From positions 21,102 to 85,101 of the IMG/VR virus record IMGVR_UViG_3300036859_000973: a stretch of DNA of 64,000 nucleotides; one strand, given 5' to 3'. This DNA comes from a virus. A model generated the notes under the pieces. It saw only the letters and a program-made list of their open reading frames with translations. It searched no databases and was not told where the DNA came from. Positions 1-9,792 of this stretch are shown one piece after another. The position numbers and the translations under genes were made by a program. Position 1 is the stretch's first letter. Every line of letters begins with the position of its first letter.

Positions 1-14
1 TCCGATGGACCGTC

Positions 15-218
15 GTGGCCAGCGGGGAGAACACGGATCTCATCCGCGTCCACATCGAGGGGCGCAATCCCGTGGACATCCAATCCGGCGAGTCCAGGAC
101 CATCGACTTCCTCTTCGTCCCCGGAGAGCCCGGCGACGTGCCGCGCACCCCCAGGGTCCACTTCTTGAGCGCAGGCCTCTTGCAGGAGTTTGAACTCCAG
201 GACGAGGTGCCGCTATGA
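15..218 (+). CDS. Hypothetical protein, probably 5'-truncated by window edge
   Basis: Genome-typical codon usage; stop overlaps next start (ATGA). Confidence 0.6.
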   Translation: MASGENTDLIRVHIEGRNPVDIQSGESRTIDFLFVPGEPGDVPRTPRVHFLSAGLLQEFELQDEVPL

Positions 219-1402
219 CGCGCCTCGGCGGCCGCGGCATGAGCGGGCGCATGGGGGGTGGCGGTGGCGCAGGCGGGACGGGAGGCGCCCCTCCCCCGTC
301 GCCGCCCACGGTCGAGGGCACGACGGACCTCGTCAACGTGCAGTTCGACCTGATGTTCGATGCTCTCGACGTCGCAACCGACCTGCCGAACCTCCAGGCG
401 GTGTCGCAGATCACGGCATTGGAGGCCGACATCGACTTCCCCAACGTGCAGGCCGACGTGCGGATGGACCTCGACGGGATCTTCGATCTCCCGGACGTGC
501 GGTTCGACGTCGTGTTCAACAGCCTCGACGTCGCCACGGACCTTCCCAACGCGCAGGCTGACATCGCGCTCACGGAACTCGTCGTCGAGAGCGACATGCC
601 GAACGCGCAGGCGGACGTCGCGCTCACGGAGATCGAGACGGCCACGGATCTTCCGAACGCGCAGGCCGATGTGGCCCTCACGACGCTGGAGTCGTCGATC
701 GACCTGCCCAACGTCCAACTCGACGTCGTGTTCAACGCCCTCGACGTGGCGACGGACTTCCCGAACGTCCAGGCCGACATCGCGTTCAACGCGCTCGAAG
801 CCTCGTCGGATTTCAAGAACGTCCAGGCGAAGACCAATGCTCTGACGGTGGAGATGCAGCAGAACCTCGCGGAGAAGGACAGCTTCGTGCCCGTCGCCAC
901 GACACTCGGAGCCTGCAACGATGATGGGAACAAGGACACGCAGGACCTCTTCGTGAGCGCCGCGGCGCTCCAGAACGATGCGCGAGCCTACATGGCGTGG
1001 GACCTCTCGGGCCTGCCGACCGGGATCAGCGACGCCACGCTCATTCCCACGCTGCGGCTCAAGCCAAGCATCAACGGCAACCTCGTGGGCGTCAACCGCA
1101 CGTTCCAGCACATCGCCAACGCTGGCGAGGGGTGGGACGAGACGACCATCAAGTGCAGCACGACCCCTGCCGGCACAGACTTCCAGACGGCAACCCAGCC
1201 CACCGGAACGGCAGACTGGGCCGTCGTCCTCGACGAGGATGCCTCCATCCGCATCGCCGCGCGCATGGGTGTGGGCTTCTACACGGTCGTCGTGCGCGAC
1301 TCGCAGGTCGGGGGGGCGTCCTCGACGTTCGAGAGCAAGGACCAGGGTACGAACGACGACCTGGGCCCGCGGCTGACCATCCAGTTCGACATCGCTGTGT
1401 GA
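215..1402 (+). CDS. Repeat-containing structural protein with C-terminal DNRLRE/CBM-like domain
   Basis: About eight ~18-aa repeats (DLPNxQADV/I); C-terminal RAYMAWDLSGLP...ATL...WDETTI...GPRLTI resembles the DNRLRE beta-sandwich. Confidence 0.7.
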   Translation: MTRLGGRGMSGRMGGGGGAGGTGGAPPPSPPTVEGTTDLVNVQFDLMFDALDVATDLPNLQAVSQITALEADIDFPNVQADVRMDLDGIFDLPDVRFDVVFNSLDVATDLPNAQADIALTELVVESDMPNAQADVALTEIETATDLPNAQADVALTTLESSIDLPNVQLDVVFNALDVATDFPNVQADIAFNALEASSDFKNVQAKTNALTVEMQQNLAEKDSFVPVATTLGACNDDGNKDTQDLFVSAAALQNDARAYMAWDLSGLPTGISDATLIPTLRLKPSINGNLVGVNRTFQHIANAGEGWDETTIKCSTTPAGTDFQTATQPTGTADWAVVLDEDASIRIAARMGVGFYTVVVRDSQVGGASSTFESKDQGTNDDLGPRLTIQFDIAV

Positions 1403-1407
1403 CCAAC

Positions 1408-1896
1408 ATGGAAGTGAACATCCCCCTCAAGATCCGCAGCTACACCCACGTCTGGACTGAGGTCATCTTCAACGGCGTGCCGCCGACCACGCCCCTGGAC
1501 GAGTGCGTCCGCAGCTTCAACGAGCGCCACCGCGAGCTATGGCTCCAGGAGGGCAAGCCGACGCCCCGGCCGGCCAGGATCATCGCGCAGCAGGAAAACG
1601 CCTACTGCCGGGCCGACGAGTGCCAGCATCCCCACCATGATGGTCCCTGCATGGAACTGGTGCGCACACCAGAGGGCGAGGCGCGGTGCTGGTGCGAGAA
1701 CGAGGAGGTGCCGGCCCATGTCGGCCTCGTCCTCTCCGCCTATGCGAACCTCAAGCGCGGAGACAAACTGTTGGTGGCTAAGAACTGGCAGCACCTCCTG
1801 GGAGAGGAAGTGCTGTACCTCGGCAACGGCAGGATCCGCGTCGATGTCACGCTTCGGACGAGCAGGATGAAGAAGAACGGGGGATGCTGCGGATGA
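1408..1896 (+). CDS. Cys/His-rich hypothetical protein
   Basis: ATG at 1408 just after upstream stop; CRADECQHPHHDGPC...CWC; ends GGCCG. Confidence 0.7.
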   Translation: MEVNIPLKIRSYTHVWTEVIFNGVPPTTPLDECVRSFNERHRELWLQEGKPTPRPARIIAQQENAYCRADECQHPHHDGPCMELVRTPEGEARCWCENEEVPAHVGLVLSAYANLKRGDKLLVAKNWQHLLGEEVLYLGNGRIRVDVTLRTSRMKKNGGCCG

Positions 1897-2366
1897 CGTG
1901 CTCGGAGTGCAACGACACGCGGTCGATCATGGTCTTCGGCGCCGACGGCGCCCAGATGCTTCCCTGCGAGGCATGCTACGACACGCCCGAGGCCGTCGCC
2001 GCGCGCGAGCAGGGCCCGCTCTGCGTCTGCGGCTGCCCGAAGGCGCCGCGGCACGGGGGCTACACCAGTCCCGTGGCGTCCTCGGTCACTGGCATCGTGG
2101 GCACGGATGTCGGTGTTGACGTCTCCGCGACCGTGGAGATCATCACGACGCCCGAGGAGATCCCCACTCCAGAGGGCCCCTACGAGATGGCTCTCCGCGA
2201 GGTCAACGAGGAGGTCCGTCTCAGCGAGTGGCGCGGCGACGCGCCCGAGGAGACGGCCGCTTTCGAGAGGGAGCGCGAGCGCCTCAAGTCGCTGACGGCG
2301 GCGCGGCCTGGATGGACTGCGGGCTGCACCGAGCACGCGGACTGCATGAGCTTCCGGGAGGCCTGA
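1893..2366 (+). CDS. Zinc-binding hypothetical protein
   Basis: ATGA overlap; CSEC...CEAC, CVCGC...H, CTEHADC. Confidence 0.7.
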   Translation: MTCSECNDTRSIMVFGADGAQMLPCEACYDTPEAVAAREQGPLCVCGCPKAPRHGGYTSPVASSVTGIVGTDVGVDVSATVEIITTPEEIPTPEGPYEMALREVNEEVRLSEWRGDAPEETAAFERERERLKSLTAARPGWTAGCTEHADCMSFREA

Positions 2367-2397
2367 TCTCATCTCGAACCTCACGTCCACTCAAGGC

Positions 2398-3222
2398 TTG
2401 GAGTTCATCTTCTCGCGTGCGTTCAACATCAACGGCCCGCCCGGCAAGCTCAGCGGCGTCTGCGTCAGCGACACCGCCAGCGTCCTGACGGCAGCCCAAA
2501 CGACGGTGACGGGGACGACCGTCCACGCCAAGGCCTTCGAGACCACGCCGACGCGGGCTGCGCAGACCTCCACATGCAAGACGCTCTACGGCACGGGCGA
2601 CGCCAACTTCGTCCACAAGGTCATCACGCTCGTCGGCGGCACCGCCTCGCTCCCAGACACGTCTTCGCCCGTTCCGGGTTTCTACGGTGGCATCGACTCG
2701 CTCCAGAGCGTCGGCATCTCGAAGACGTCCTCGTTCTCCCTGCGCCACATCGTCAACCAGACCTTCGTGAACATCGGCACGGGCGGCAACCTCTGGGTCA
2801 ATCAGGCCCTCCAACTGCTCATCGACAACCTGTACGACATCTCGCCCCTGAACGCCTCGAAGTTCCTCTCGATGGGGTTCGACGACGGAGCGAGCGCCTA
2901 CGTCGCTGCCGACACGACGTTCACGGGCGCGACAGCGGCGATCAGCATCCTATTCGACGCCACGCCCACGGGCGCGACGGGCGGCGGCACGCCCGTGACC
3001 GTGACGGCCATCGGCACGATCCCGAAGGGCGGCGCGGGCAACAACATGAACGCGAAGTCCATCAAGCGCATGAACATCAACACCCAGGTCGGGACCGTCG
3101 CGCAGACCGCAGGCGCGATCAGCGGCCTCGGGCCGGGCGTGAGCTTTACCGCAAACCCCATCAGAAAGGAACTGGACTACTCGCTCAAGTGGACCGTCGT
3201 GAGCACGGCCAGCAGCGCGTGA
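2398..3222 (+). CDS. Thr/Gly/Ala-rich virion structural protein with two related halves
   Basis: TTG start; halves share FETTPT/FDATPT and ISKTSSFSL/IRKELDYSL. Confidence 0.7.
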   Translation: MEFIFSRAFNINGPPGKLSGVCVSDTASVLTAAQTTVTGTTVHAKAFETTPTRAAQTSTCKTLYGTGDANFVHKVITLVGGTASLPDTSSPVPGFYGGIDSLQSVGISKTSSFSLRHIVNQTFVNIGTGGNLWVNQALQLLIDNLYDISPLNASKFLSMGFDDGASAYVAADTTFTGATAAISILFDATPTGATGGGTPVTVTAIGTIPKGGAGNNMNAKSIKRMNINTQVGTVAQTAGAISGLGPGVSFTANPIRKELDYSLKWTVVSTASSA

Positions 3223-3227
3223 GGGCC

Positions 3228-3395
3228 ATGACCGTGACCTTGACGCGGGTCGAGACGTGGCAGGCCCAGTCGCAGGCAGAATACGACGTGCTCTCCGCGC
3301 GCGCACAGGAACTCCAGGCGAACCTCTTCGACGTCGATCTCGATCCCAACAACCTCAAGGTCGTCGTCACGTTCACCAAGGACTACGAGGTGTGA
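3228..3395 (+). CDS. Small hypothetical protein (55 aa)
   Basis: GAGGG RBS then ATG at 3228; fills the gap between neighbours. Confidence 0.65.
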   Translation: MTVTLTRVETWQAQSQAEYDVLSARAQELQANLFDVDLDPNNLKVVVTFTKDYEV

Positions 3396-3399
3396 GGGC

Positions 3400-3786
3400 A
3401 TGGGCGCTGGCGTCGGACGGTGGAAGGTCGGCACCGATGCCGACGTCACGGCGCGGTTCATCGACGACGAGGGCGAGATCATCACAGGCACGGCCACCGT
3501 CAAGATCACGCGCCGGAACCCCACCGTCGAGTACCTCCAGTCCGATCTCACGACCTGGGGGGCTACGCCGGTGAGCCACGCCGCCAGCTACATCGCGGCT
3601 GTCGGATGGACGCTCGTGCTCGACGTCCCGCTCAGCGCCGACGGGTTCTACGTCACGGCCGAGCTTACGCACAGCGACCCCGACGTGGTGCCGTGGATCG
3701 AGACGAACTTCGTGACCCAGCAGGACGAGGACGACGTCGAGGTGCAGCAAGCTCCCGTCGAGCCCGCCCTCGTATTTGAGGACTGA
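3400..3786 (+). CDS. Ig-like/beta-rich hypothetical structural protein
   Basis: GAGGTG RBS; alternating beta-strand pattern. Confidence 0.65.
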   Translation: MGAGVGRWKVGTDADVTARFIDDEGEIITGTATVKITRRNPTVEYLQSDLTTWGATPVSHAASYIAAVGWTLVLDVPLSADGFYVTAELTHSDPDVVPWIETNFVTQQDEDDVEVQQAPVEPALVFED

Positions 3787-3841
3787 GTCGTTTCCGGATG
3801 GCTTATGTTGGACCGCCGACGTAGAGCGACGGGAGAAGGCG

Positions 3842-4972
3842 ATGGTTTCAGAGCCCTTCGTTGACAACGTCCCCGCCAACGCCTTCATCATCCCGAGGGG
3901 CCGCATCGACTTCCTCAAGACGGCGCTCAAGAGCGGGTCGAGCCTCCTCGCGCCCGACACCGACGCCTTCGCCTACATCGACCTCGTCAGGATCTTCGAC
4001 CCGGACGACAACGATGTCACGGCAGACTGGGAGACGATCGCGCTCGATCCCGACGACGATGATGACATCTACGACGACACCCACGCGAAGTACGTCGGAA
4101 ACGCCTCGAAGCGCACCGTCACCGACGGTGTCACGAACAACGGGTCGCCAACGCTGACGAGCGCCACGGCGGCCTTCGTCGCAGGCTCCGACGTCGGCAA
4201 GGCCGTGGTCGGCGCCGGCATCCCCGGGGGCACGACGATCTCCGCCGTCGTGAGCGCCACCCAGGCCACGATGTCGGCCAACGCCACAGCGACCGCGACA
4301 GGCCTCACCGTGGTCATCGGCACGCCGAACATCGGCCTCTTCCACAACGGCGGCGGCCGGATGGCCCAGAAGATCAAGGCCCCCGACGACGCGGAGGTCA
4401 CGACATCCTCCACCACGCGCCTATGGAAGGTGACGTGGCGCGTCAAGAAGAACGACAGCTTCATCGAGAACTCGGAGAACTTCAACGTCGCCGAGGCCGG
4501 CGTCCTCGTCTTCAACGTGGACGTCGTGACCGTCGCCGAGGTCGAGCGCGGCATTGTCACGAACCTCACCGACCCCGAGATCGAGGACATCATCGTCGAG
4601 GCCACCGACCAGATCGAAGGCCTCCTGGACGCCTGCGGCATCGACGTGGACGGCTTCACCGAGATCCCGCCCCTCGTGCGCAACGGGATCATCAAGTGGT
4701 CGCGCGGGCTCATCTTCCAACGCGACTCCCTCGCGACGGGAGGCCAGATCATCCGCGTGAAGGAAGGCCCCGTCGAAGTCGGCTACTCCAGCACGAGCGT
4801 CCGCACGAGCATCTCCGACTACTTCGACGAGGCGCGGATCGACATCGCGACGTACTGCAAGCGCCACGGCCCGCTCAAGCGCCCGCGGCTCAGGGTCACG
4901 CGGCAGCTACCGGGAGACGGGGCCTTCGTGCTTGATGGAGAGATCGATACCGCGATCACCCTCGGGCGGTGA
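3842..4972 (+). CDS. Head-tail adaptor (connector) fused to N-terminal beta domains
   Basis: C-terminal VTVAEVE...TDPEIEDIIVEATDQI...RVKEGPVEVGYS fits gp6/gp15-type adaptors; lies before the head-closure gene. Confidence 0.7.
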   Translation: MVSEPFVDNVPANAFIIPRGRIDFLKTALKSGSSLLAPDTDAFAYIDLVRIFDPDDNDVTADWETIALDPDDDDDIYDDTHAKYVGNASKRTVTDGVTNNGSPTLTSATAAFVAGSDVGKAVVGAGIPGGTTISAVVSATQATMSANATATATGLTVVIGTPNIGLFHNGGGRMAQKIKAPDDAEVTTSSTTRLWKVTWRVKKNDSFIENSENFNVAEAGVLVFNVDVVTVAEVERGIVTNLTDPEIEDIIVEATDQIEGLLDACGIDVDGFTEIPPLVRNGIIKWSRGLIFQRDSLATGGQIIRVKEGPVEVGYSSTSVRTSISDYFDEARIDIATYCKRHGPLKRPRLRVTRQLPGDGAFVLDGEIDTAITLGR

Positions 4973-4976
4973 GGCG

Positions 4977-5357
4977 GTGCCGTCCTCCGATCCGTGGGAC
5001 TTTTTCGACTTCGTCCACAAGATCGAGCGCGTCGCCGTCACCAAGATGACCGTGGATCAGGCCACGGGCGCTGTCGTCGCTCCGACGACCGTCGTGACGG
5101 TGATCTCCGGCCACGTCTCCTTCGATCCCGAGGAACTCAACGTCCGCGAGCGCTCGGGCATCGCCGAGCGCGGCGACGCGCTCCTGTGGACGGAGACCAC
5201 GCTGGCCATCGGGGACAACGTCAACATCTACCTGGACAGCACGAACACGGTCTTCGACGCCTTCCAGGTCATCGGCGTGCAGCGTCACGACGTCCTCTAC
5301 ACCCACGTCAGCACCCCGAACCGGAAGGAGTACGTCCTGCGCCGGAGGGCATCCTGA
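4977..5357 (+). CDS. Putative head-closure (stopper) protein
   Basis: GTG start after GAGG; ~126-aa beta protein ending EYVLRR; synteny. Confidence 0.6.
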   Translation: MPSSDPWDFFDFVHKIERVAVTKMTVDQATGAVVAPTTVVTVISGHVSFDPEELNVRERSGIAERGDALLWTETTLAIGDNVNIYLDSTNTVFDAFQVIGVQRHDVLYTHVSTPNRKEYVLRRRAS

Positions 5358-5962
5358 TGCCACCCCGCGCGACGATCCGGCGCGGGCGCAACATCACGAT
5401 CCTGGACTTCGACAACACGCCGCGCCTCCTCGCGGTGCTGCCGTTCCTCAAGGTCGCTGCCGTCGAGATGGGCGCTGCGGCGCTCAAGCGCGAGATGGAG
5501 AAGATCTTCGCGACGCAGGGCGGCGACGACCCGTGGGGGCCGAACAGCGACCTCACGATCCGCTGGAAGGGCCACAACCGCATCATGCAGGGCCGCACGG
5601 GATCGCTCTCGGATCGCATCGACATCCGGATCGGCAGCGCCGAGATCCCGCCGGTCGAGCGCCCCCACGAGCAACGCCTCATCGGGTGGTTCGACGAGCC
5701 GCACCCGGACTCGGCGACAGGGCTCACCGTGGGCGAGGTCGCGATGGCACACGAGTTCGGCGTCCTCTCCGGCGAGAACCTGCCGCGCCACAGCGGCCAG
5801 GGCAGCGACCCCATCTTCGGCATGACGGGGCGCCGCGGCACCGCCATGGACATCCCGCCGCGCCCGTGGGCGAGCGCCGCGGCCGACGGTCAAGGCGACG
5901 AGATCCTGGCGAAGATGGAAAGCGGCATCCTTTTCGGCGTCCGGGGGGTGCTCCTCTCGTGA
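5357..5962 (+). CDS. Neck / virion morphogenesis (tail completion) protein
   Basis: TGATG overlap; WGPNSDLTIRWKG, VAMAHEFG, IPPRPW motifs. Confidence 0.75.
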   Translation: MPPRATIRRGRNITILDFDNTPRLLAVLPFLKVAAVEMGAAALKREMEKIFATQGGDDPWGPNSDLTIRWKGHNRIMQGRTGSLSDRIDIRIGSAEIPPVERPHEQRLIGWFDEPHPDSATGLTVGEVAMAHEFGVLSGENLPRHSGQGSDPIFGMTGRRGTAMDIPPRPWASAAADGQGDEILAKMESGILFGVRGVLLS

Positions 5963-6081
5963 GCTACTGGGCTGTGATGCGCGGCAAGGAGCCCCTCGGG
6001 CTCTTCGTCCTCCAGTCCGACGCCGAGCGCGCCGTCGTGCGCGTGTGGGGCGGCGACGGCTCCGTCCTGGAGGTTGCATGA
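5959..6081 (+). CDS. Very small hypothetical protein (40 aa)
   Basis: GTGA and ATGA overlaps at both ends. Confidence 0.5.
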   Translation: MSYWAVMRGKEPLGLFVLQSDAERAVVRVWGGDGSVLEVA

Positions 6082-6959
6082 GCGAGGAGGTCATCGACAT
6101 CGTCGCCGGCCTCGTCAAGCTCCTCCCGGAGACGTTCACCATCGCCAACGGCGACGTCATCGGCGACGATGGCAGCGGTGTGAAGGCCTTCGATGCCGAG
6201 GAGGACGTCGCGCGCCCCGCGTACCCGTACATCACGGTCCAGCGGCTTCCGCAGCCGCGGATCTCCCAGTTCAACGAGTTCTTCGAGGCCAAGGTCAAGC
6301 TGGTCGATCAGACGGACCGGCTCTACGCGGGCGCGACGCCAGGCGATGGCGCGGTGGGCGAGGCCGCGCTCGGCGAGCCCGTCACGCCCGAGGGCGCGAC
6401 GCCGACGATCTACCCGCTCTCGCAGAAGGACGTGAGCAGCATCGTGGCCGTCGAGGCCTCCGTGGGCGGCAGCTACGTCACCCTCGCGTCCTCGAACTAC
6501 CAGATCGTCGAGCTTGAGGGCTACACGACGGGCAGCGCCATCGAGTTCACCGGGGCGGCGCCGGACGCCGGCACGACGTTCACCGTTTCCTACAAGCACA
6601 AGCTTTACCAGGTGACGAACGCGAACCAGGTCCGCCACACCCTGCGCCTGTTCGTCTGGTGCGGCCCGCTCGCGCCCGGCGCGCGCGGCGCGACCGTGTT
6701 CTACCCCAAGTCCAGGCTCGCCGAGCAGCTTTCCCAGGCCGTCCTGGGCGCGCTGGCGCGCGTGCAGGGGCAAGCTCTCGACAGCGGCAACACGGCCAAG
6801 ATCGGCGCCGCGGCGAGCATCGGCACGATCCCCACGGACCAGGCCGAGTCCTTCATGCGGGCCGCCATCGACGTCCTCGTCCACCAGCACCAGCGCGTCG
6901 TGATCCTGGAAGCCGAAGCTGTCGGCCGCATCGTGGCGGCGCCGGAAGCGACCGTCTGA
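6078..6959 (+). CDS. Putative tail terminator protein with inserted domain
   Basis: GGAGG RBS; PAYPYITV motif; directly upstream of sheath. Confidence 0.6.
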   Translation: MSEEVIDIVAGLVKLLPETFTIANGDVIGDDGSGVKAFDAEEDVARPAYPYITVQRLPQPRISQFNEFFEAKVKLVDQTDRLYAGATPGDGAVGEAALGEPVTPEGATPTIYPLSQKDVSSIVAVEASVGGSYVTLASSNYQIVELEGYTTGSAIEFTGAAPDAGTTFTVSYKHKLYQVTNANQVRHTLRLFVWCGPLAPGARGATVFYPKSRLAEQLSQAVLGALARVQGQALDSGNTAKIGAAASIGTIPTDQAESFMRAAIDVLVHQHQRVVILEAEAVGRIVAAPEATV

Positions 6960-7027
6960 GCCCGCCAGAAGCAAATCGCCGACTTCAAGTACCTCGGTGA
7001 AGCCTTTCGCCACCGGAGCGGACAGCT

Positions 7028-8401
7028 TTGGCGGCCGTGGACTTCGTCATCACGACGACCAACCTGGATGCCAAGGGCAGCGGGCGCCGCGGCGCGCGCA
7101 TCCTTGCCCTCGTGGCCCCCTTGGAGGCCCTGGGCGGTTCCGAGTCGGCCAACGTCGTCAAGCGCGTGATCCGCGTGGCCGACGCCGAGGAGTTCTTCGG
7201 CGTGGGATCGAAGCTCGCCCTCGGCGCGAAGGCCGCCATCAACTCGGGTGCGCGCCCCATCTTCGAGGTCGCCGCTGACGACCTCGCGGGCTCGCCGTTC
7301 ACGGAGACGTTCGGCACGGGTGGCGCCATCACGACCGGCACGCTCACTGCGGCCAACCTCCCGCTCACCGAGATCACGGCCGCGTCGCGCGATGGCTCGA
7401 ACATCCTGGCCGGCGTGAAGTTCACGTCGAAGGACCCCGCGACCGTCTCGCCAGCGCCCGCCGCAGCCGAGGTCTTCATCAACCCGAAGACGGGAGCGTT
7501 CAAGCTGGGTACGGCGACCACGGGGGCCGGCGCGGGCTTCGTCGTCACCTACAAGAGCCACGACTGGCAGGCCGCGTTCAACGTGCTCGCCCTGGAGGAC
7601 TACGAGATCCTCGCGCCCGCGGGCTTCCAATTCACGGCGCAGAACTTCGGCATCTACGACAAGTTCCTCACCGAGGCCGAGGACCGCTTCAAGCTGGTCT
7701 GCGGCGGCCTCGCGGACGGCGTGGCCGTCACCGATGTCGGGGACGCCACGGCGAACTCGATCTTCGACGTGGCCGACATCGGCACTAAGCCGCGCCTCAA
7801 CCTGCTGGCGGCGTTCTACGCCAGCGGCGACGACCTCACGTCCGCGTGGGCGGGCGACCGCGTGGCCGACGTGGCCAACGGCACGTCCAAGATGCAGCCA
7901 GCGCCCGAGGGCGTCACCTACGACGACTCGTACCTCGAAGATGACTTCGGCGCCGAGGAGAGCCCCGCCGCCGGCACCTGGCACGCCGCGGGCGTCAACG
8001 CCGTCATCAAGAACGAGTTCGGCGCCTTCGAGGTCACGAACGACCGCAGCCGCACGCCCTACACCGACTTCCAGAAGTTCTGGAGCACCACGCGCAACAT
8101 CCGCGCCGTGAACGTGCGCGTCGAGGGCGACCTCATCAACGCGCGCCGGCGCAGCAGCGTCGCCATCCCCTTCACGCAGGGTGGCATGGAGATCATCCGC
8201 GGCGTGATCGAGAACTCGCTCAGCAGCTTGCTCGGCCAGGGTCTCATCGCGCCCGAGCCAGCGCCGGTGGTCATCGTGCCCAACGTCGAGGAGGTGGACG
8301 CCACCGACCGCGCGAACCGCGTGGTGACGGGCGTCGAATACACCTACCGCCTGCCCGGCCAGGTCCATCTCGTGAAGATCGTCGCCAACGTGTCCATCTG
8401 A
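7028..8401 (+). CDS. Tail sheath protein
   Basis: 457 aa; C-terminal AGVNAVI...IPFTQGGMEIIRGVIE...DRANRVV..VEYTYRLPGQVHLVKI typical of sheath. Confidence 0.88.
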   Translation: MAAVDFVITTTNLDAKGSGRRGARILALVAPLEALGGSESANVVKRVIRVADAEEFFGVGSKLALGAKAAINSGARPIFEVAADDLAGSPFTETFGTGGAITTGTLTAANLPLTEITAASRDGSNILAGVKFTSKDPATVSPAPAAAEVFINPKTGAFKLGTATTGAGAGFVVTYKSHDWQAAFNVLALEDYEILAPAGFQFTAQNFGIYDKFLTEAEDRFKLVCGGLADGVAVTDVGDATANSIFDVADIGTKPRLNLLAAFYASGDDLTSAWAGDRVADVANGTSKMQPAPEGVTYDDSYLEDDFGAEESPAAGTWHAAGVNAVIKNEFGAFEVTNDRSRTPYTDFQKFWSTTRNIRAVNVRVEGDLINARRRSSVAIPFTQGGMEIIRGVIENSLSSLLGQGLIAPEPAPVVIVPNVEEVDATDRANRVVTGVEYTYRLPGQVHLVKIVANVSI

Positions 8402-8420
8402 GGATCTCTGAGGTCTCATC

Positions 8421-8843
8421 ATGTCCAACTGGGAACCAAGCGACTGGGACCTTCTCGTGGCAGAGGAGATCGTCAGCGAGCCCGGGGACAAGCTTCGCGG
8501 GTGGAAACCGAACGGCGAGCCTTCCCCGATCGAGGGGCCCGGTGGCGTGTGGTACGGCTTCAACACGCAGAAGGGCGCCAACGGCGTCCGCTTCCAGATC
8601 ACCGTCAAGAGTTCCTCGACGCACCTGAAGAAGCTCTACGATGCCGCCAAGGAGATGCGCGAGGTCCCGATCTACGCCGTGCTGGCGCGCAACATCGGCA
8701 CCTACCCGCCGAACTACCCGAAGCGTATCGGCGCGAAGCGGTGCGTCCTGGCCCCCGGCGAGGGCATGGCCGGCACCAGCGAGGCCGGCGACGTCACATT
8801 CGACGTGCTCGGTATTGATCCCGTCATCGAGGTTATTGGCTGA
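8421..8843 (+). CDS. Tail tube protein
   Basis: 140 aa immediately after sheath; GAGGT RBS; FQITVKSSS motif. Confidence 0.75.
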   Translation: MSNWEPSDWDLLVAEEIVSEPGDKLRGWKPNGEPSPIEGPGGVWYGFNTQKGANGVRFQITVKSSSTHLKKLYDAAKEMREVPIYAVLARNIGTYPPNYPKRIGAKRCVLAPGEGMAGTSEAGDVTFDVLGIDPVIEVIG

Positions 8844-8895
8844 GCGGCGCCGATTTCGTCTCCTTGATGGGGCGGCGCCGTCCTAGCCTCGATCC

Positions 8896-9672
8896 ATGGC
8901 CGACTCACCTGCCTCCCAGGTCCAGCCACCTCCCACGGAGGAGGAGCTTCGCGCCGTCGAGGCGCTGTTCGTCGAGAGCAACGAGCCCCTTGTCGGCACG
9001 CTCGATGACGCCTTCATCCACGACGACGAGATCGACGAGGTCCTCGTCCCGACGGGGCGCCATCGCGACGGGCAGCAAGTGGCCATCGTGGTCAAGGTGC
9101 GCGATCCAGGCGTGAGTTCCCAGGCCGTCGCCCTCGAACTCGCCGATCCGAAGGAGAAGGAGCTTGCGACGCTCCGACTCTGGCGCGCGTGCGTCGTGGA
9201 GCCGCGCGAGATCGCGCGCAGCTACGTCCACGAGGAGGCCAAGGACGCGGACGTGCGCGCGTGGGAGGCAGCCGAGGCTGCGTGGCAGAAGGCCGCCGAG
9301 GACAAGCGCGGCCCGCGGCCGAAGCGTCCCTTCTGCTTCGAGGACACCACGACCGCGTTCCGCGGCTTCCTCACCATCGAGCTTCAGTTGAAGCTGGGGA
9401 TCGACGCGGATTTTACGCAACGCCTCCTCCGCAAGACGGTGTCCAAGGAGGCAGTCCATCGGGCGATCAAATCGTACACGAAGTCGCTGCCGCCTACCGG
9501 CTCGATCCGGAGGAAGTTGCACGACGAGCGCGAGTCCGCCCGCGCTGGCTCGCCGACGCCTACCTCTGGCTCCGCATCCGTCACGGACGAGAGCGCGCCG
9601 AACGGTTCATCGACACCACCTACGCCGTCGCCAGCGGCTTCGGCGGGAAGTTCCAACACCCCGAACTCCTGA
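8896..9672 (+). CDS. Tail assembly chaperone (G form)
   Basis: Between tube and TMP; contains slippery G GAT TTT at 9408-9414. Confidence 0.7.
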   Translation: MADSPASQVQPPPTEEELRAVEALFVESNEPLVGTLDDAFIHDDEIDEVLVPTGRHRDGQQVAIVVKVRDPGVSSQAVALELADPKEKELATLRLWRACVVEPREIARSYVHEEAKDADVRAWEAAEAAWQKAAEDKRGPRPKRPFCFEDTTTAFRGFLTIELQLKLGIDADFTQRLLRKTVSKEAVHRAIKSYTKSLPPTGSIRRKLHDERESARAGSPTPTSGSASVTDESAPNGSSTPPTPSPAASAGSSNTPNS

Positions 9673-9788
9673 AGGAGGTCACACCGCGCATGACCGAACT
9701 GCAACGCCACCTCGCCGCGAAGGGCACGGCCAGCGAGAAGCCCGGCTACAGGCCGACGATCGACGGCGGCTTCGAGATCCGGTTCTGA
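9408..9788 (+). CDS. Tail assembly chaperone -1 frameshift extension (GT form)
   Basis: -1 frame open from the slip site: ...IVHEVAAAYRLDPEEVARRA..PRWLADAYLWL...; no suitable start of its own. Confidence 0.65.
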   Translation, partial: GFYATPPPQDGVQGGSPSGDQIVHEVAAAYRLDPEEVARRARVRPRWLADAYLWLRIRHGRERAERFIDTTYAVASGFGGKFQHPELLKEVTPRMTELQRHLAAKGTASEKPGYRPTIDGGFEIRF

Positions 9789-9792
9789 GACG

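Noticed and set aside
3800-3826. GGCTTATG-TTGGAC-CGC-CGACGTAG as another member of the palindrome family
   Set aside because: Second half matches poorly and spacing to the TATA-like element differs; may be chance
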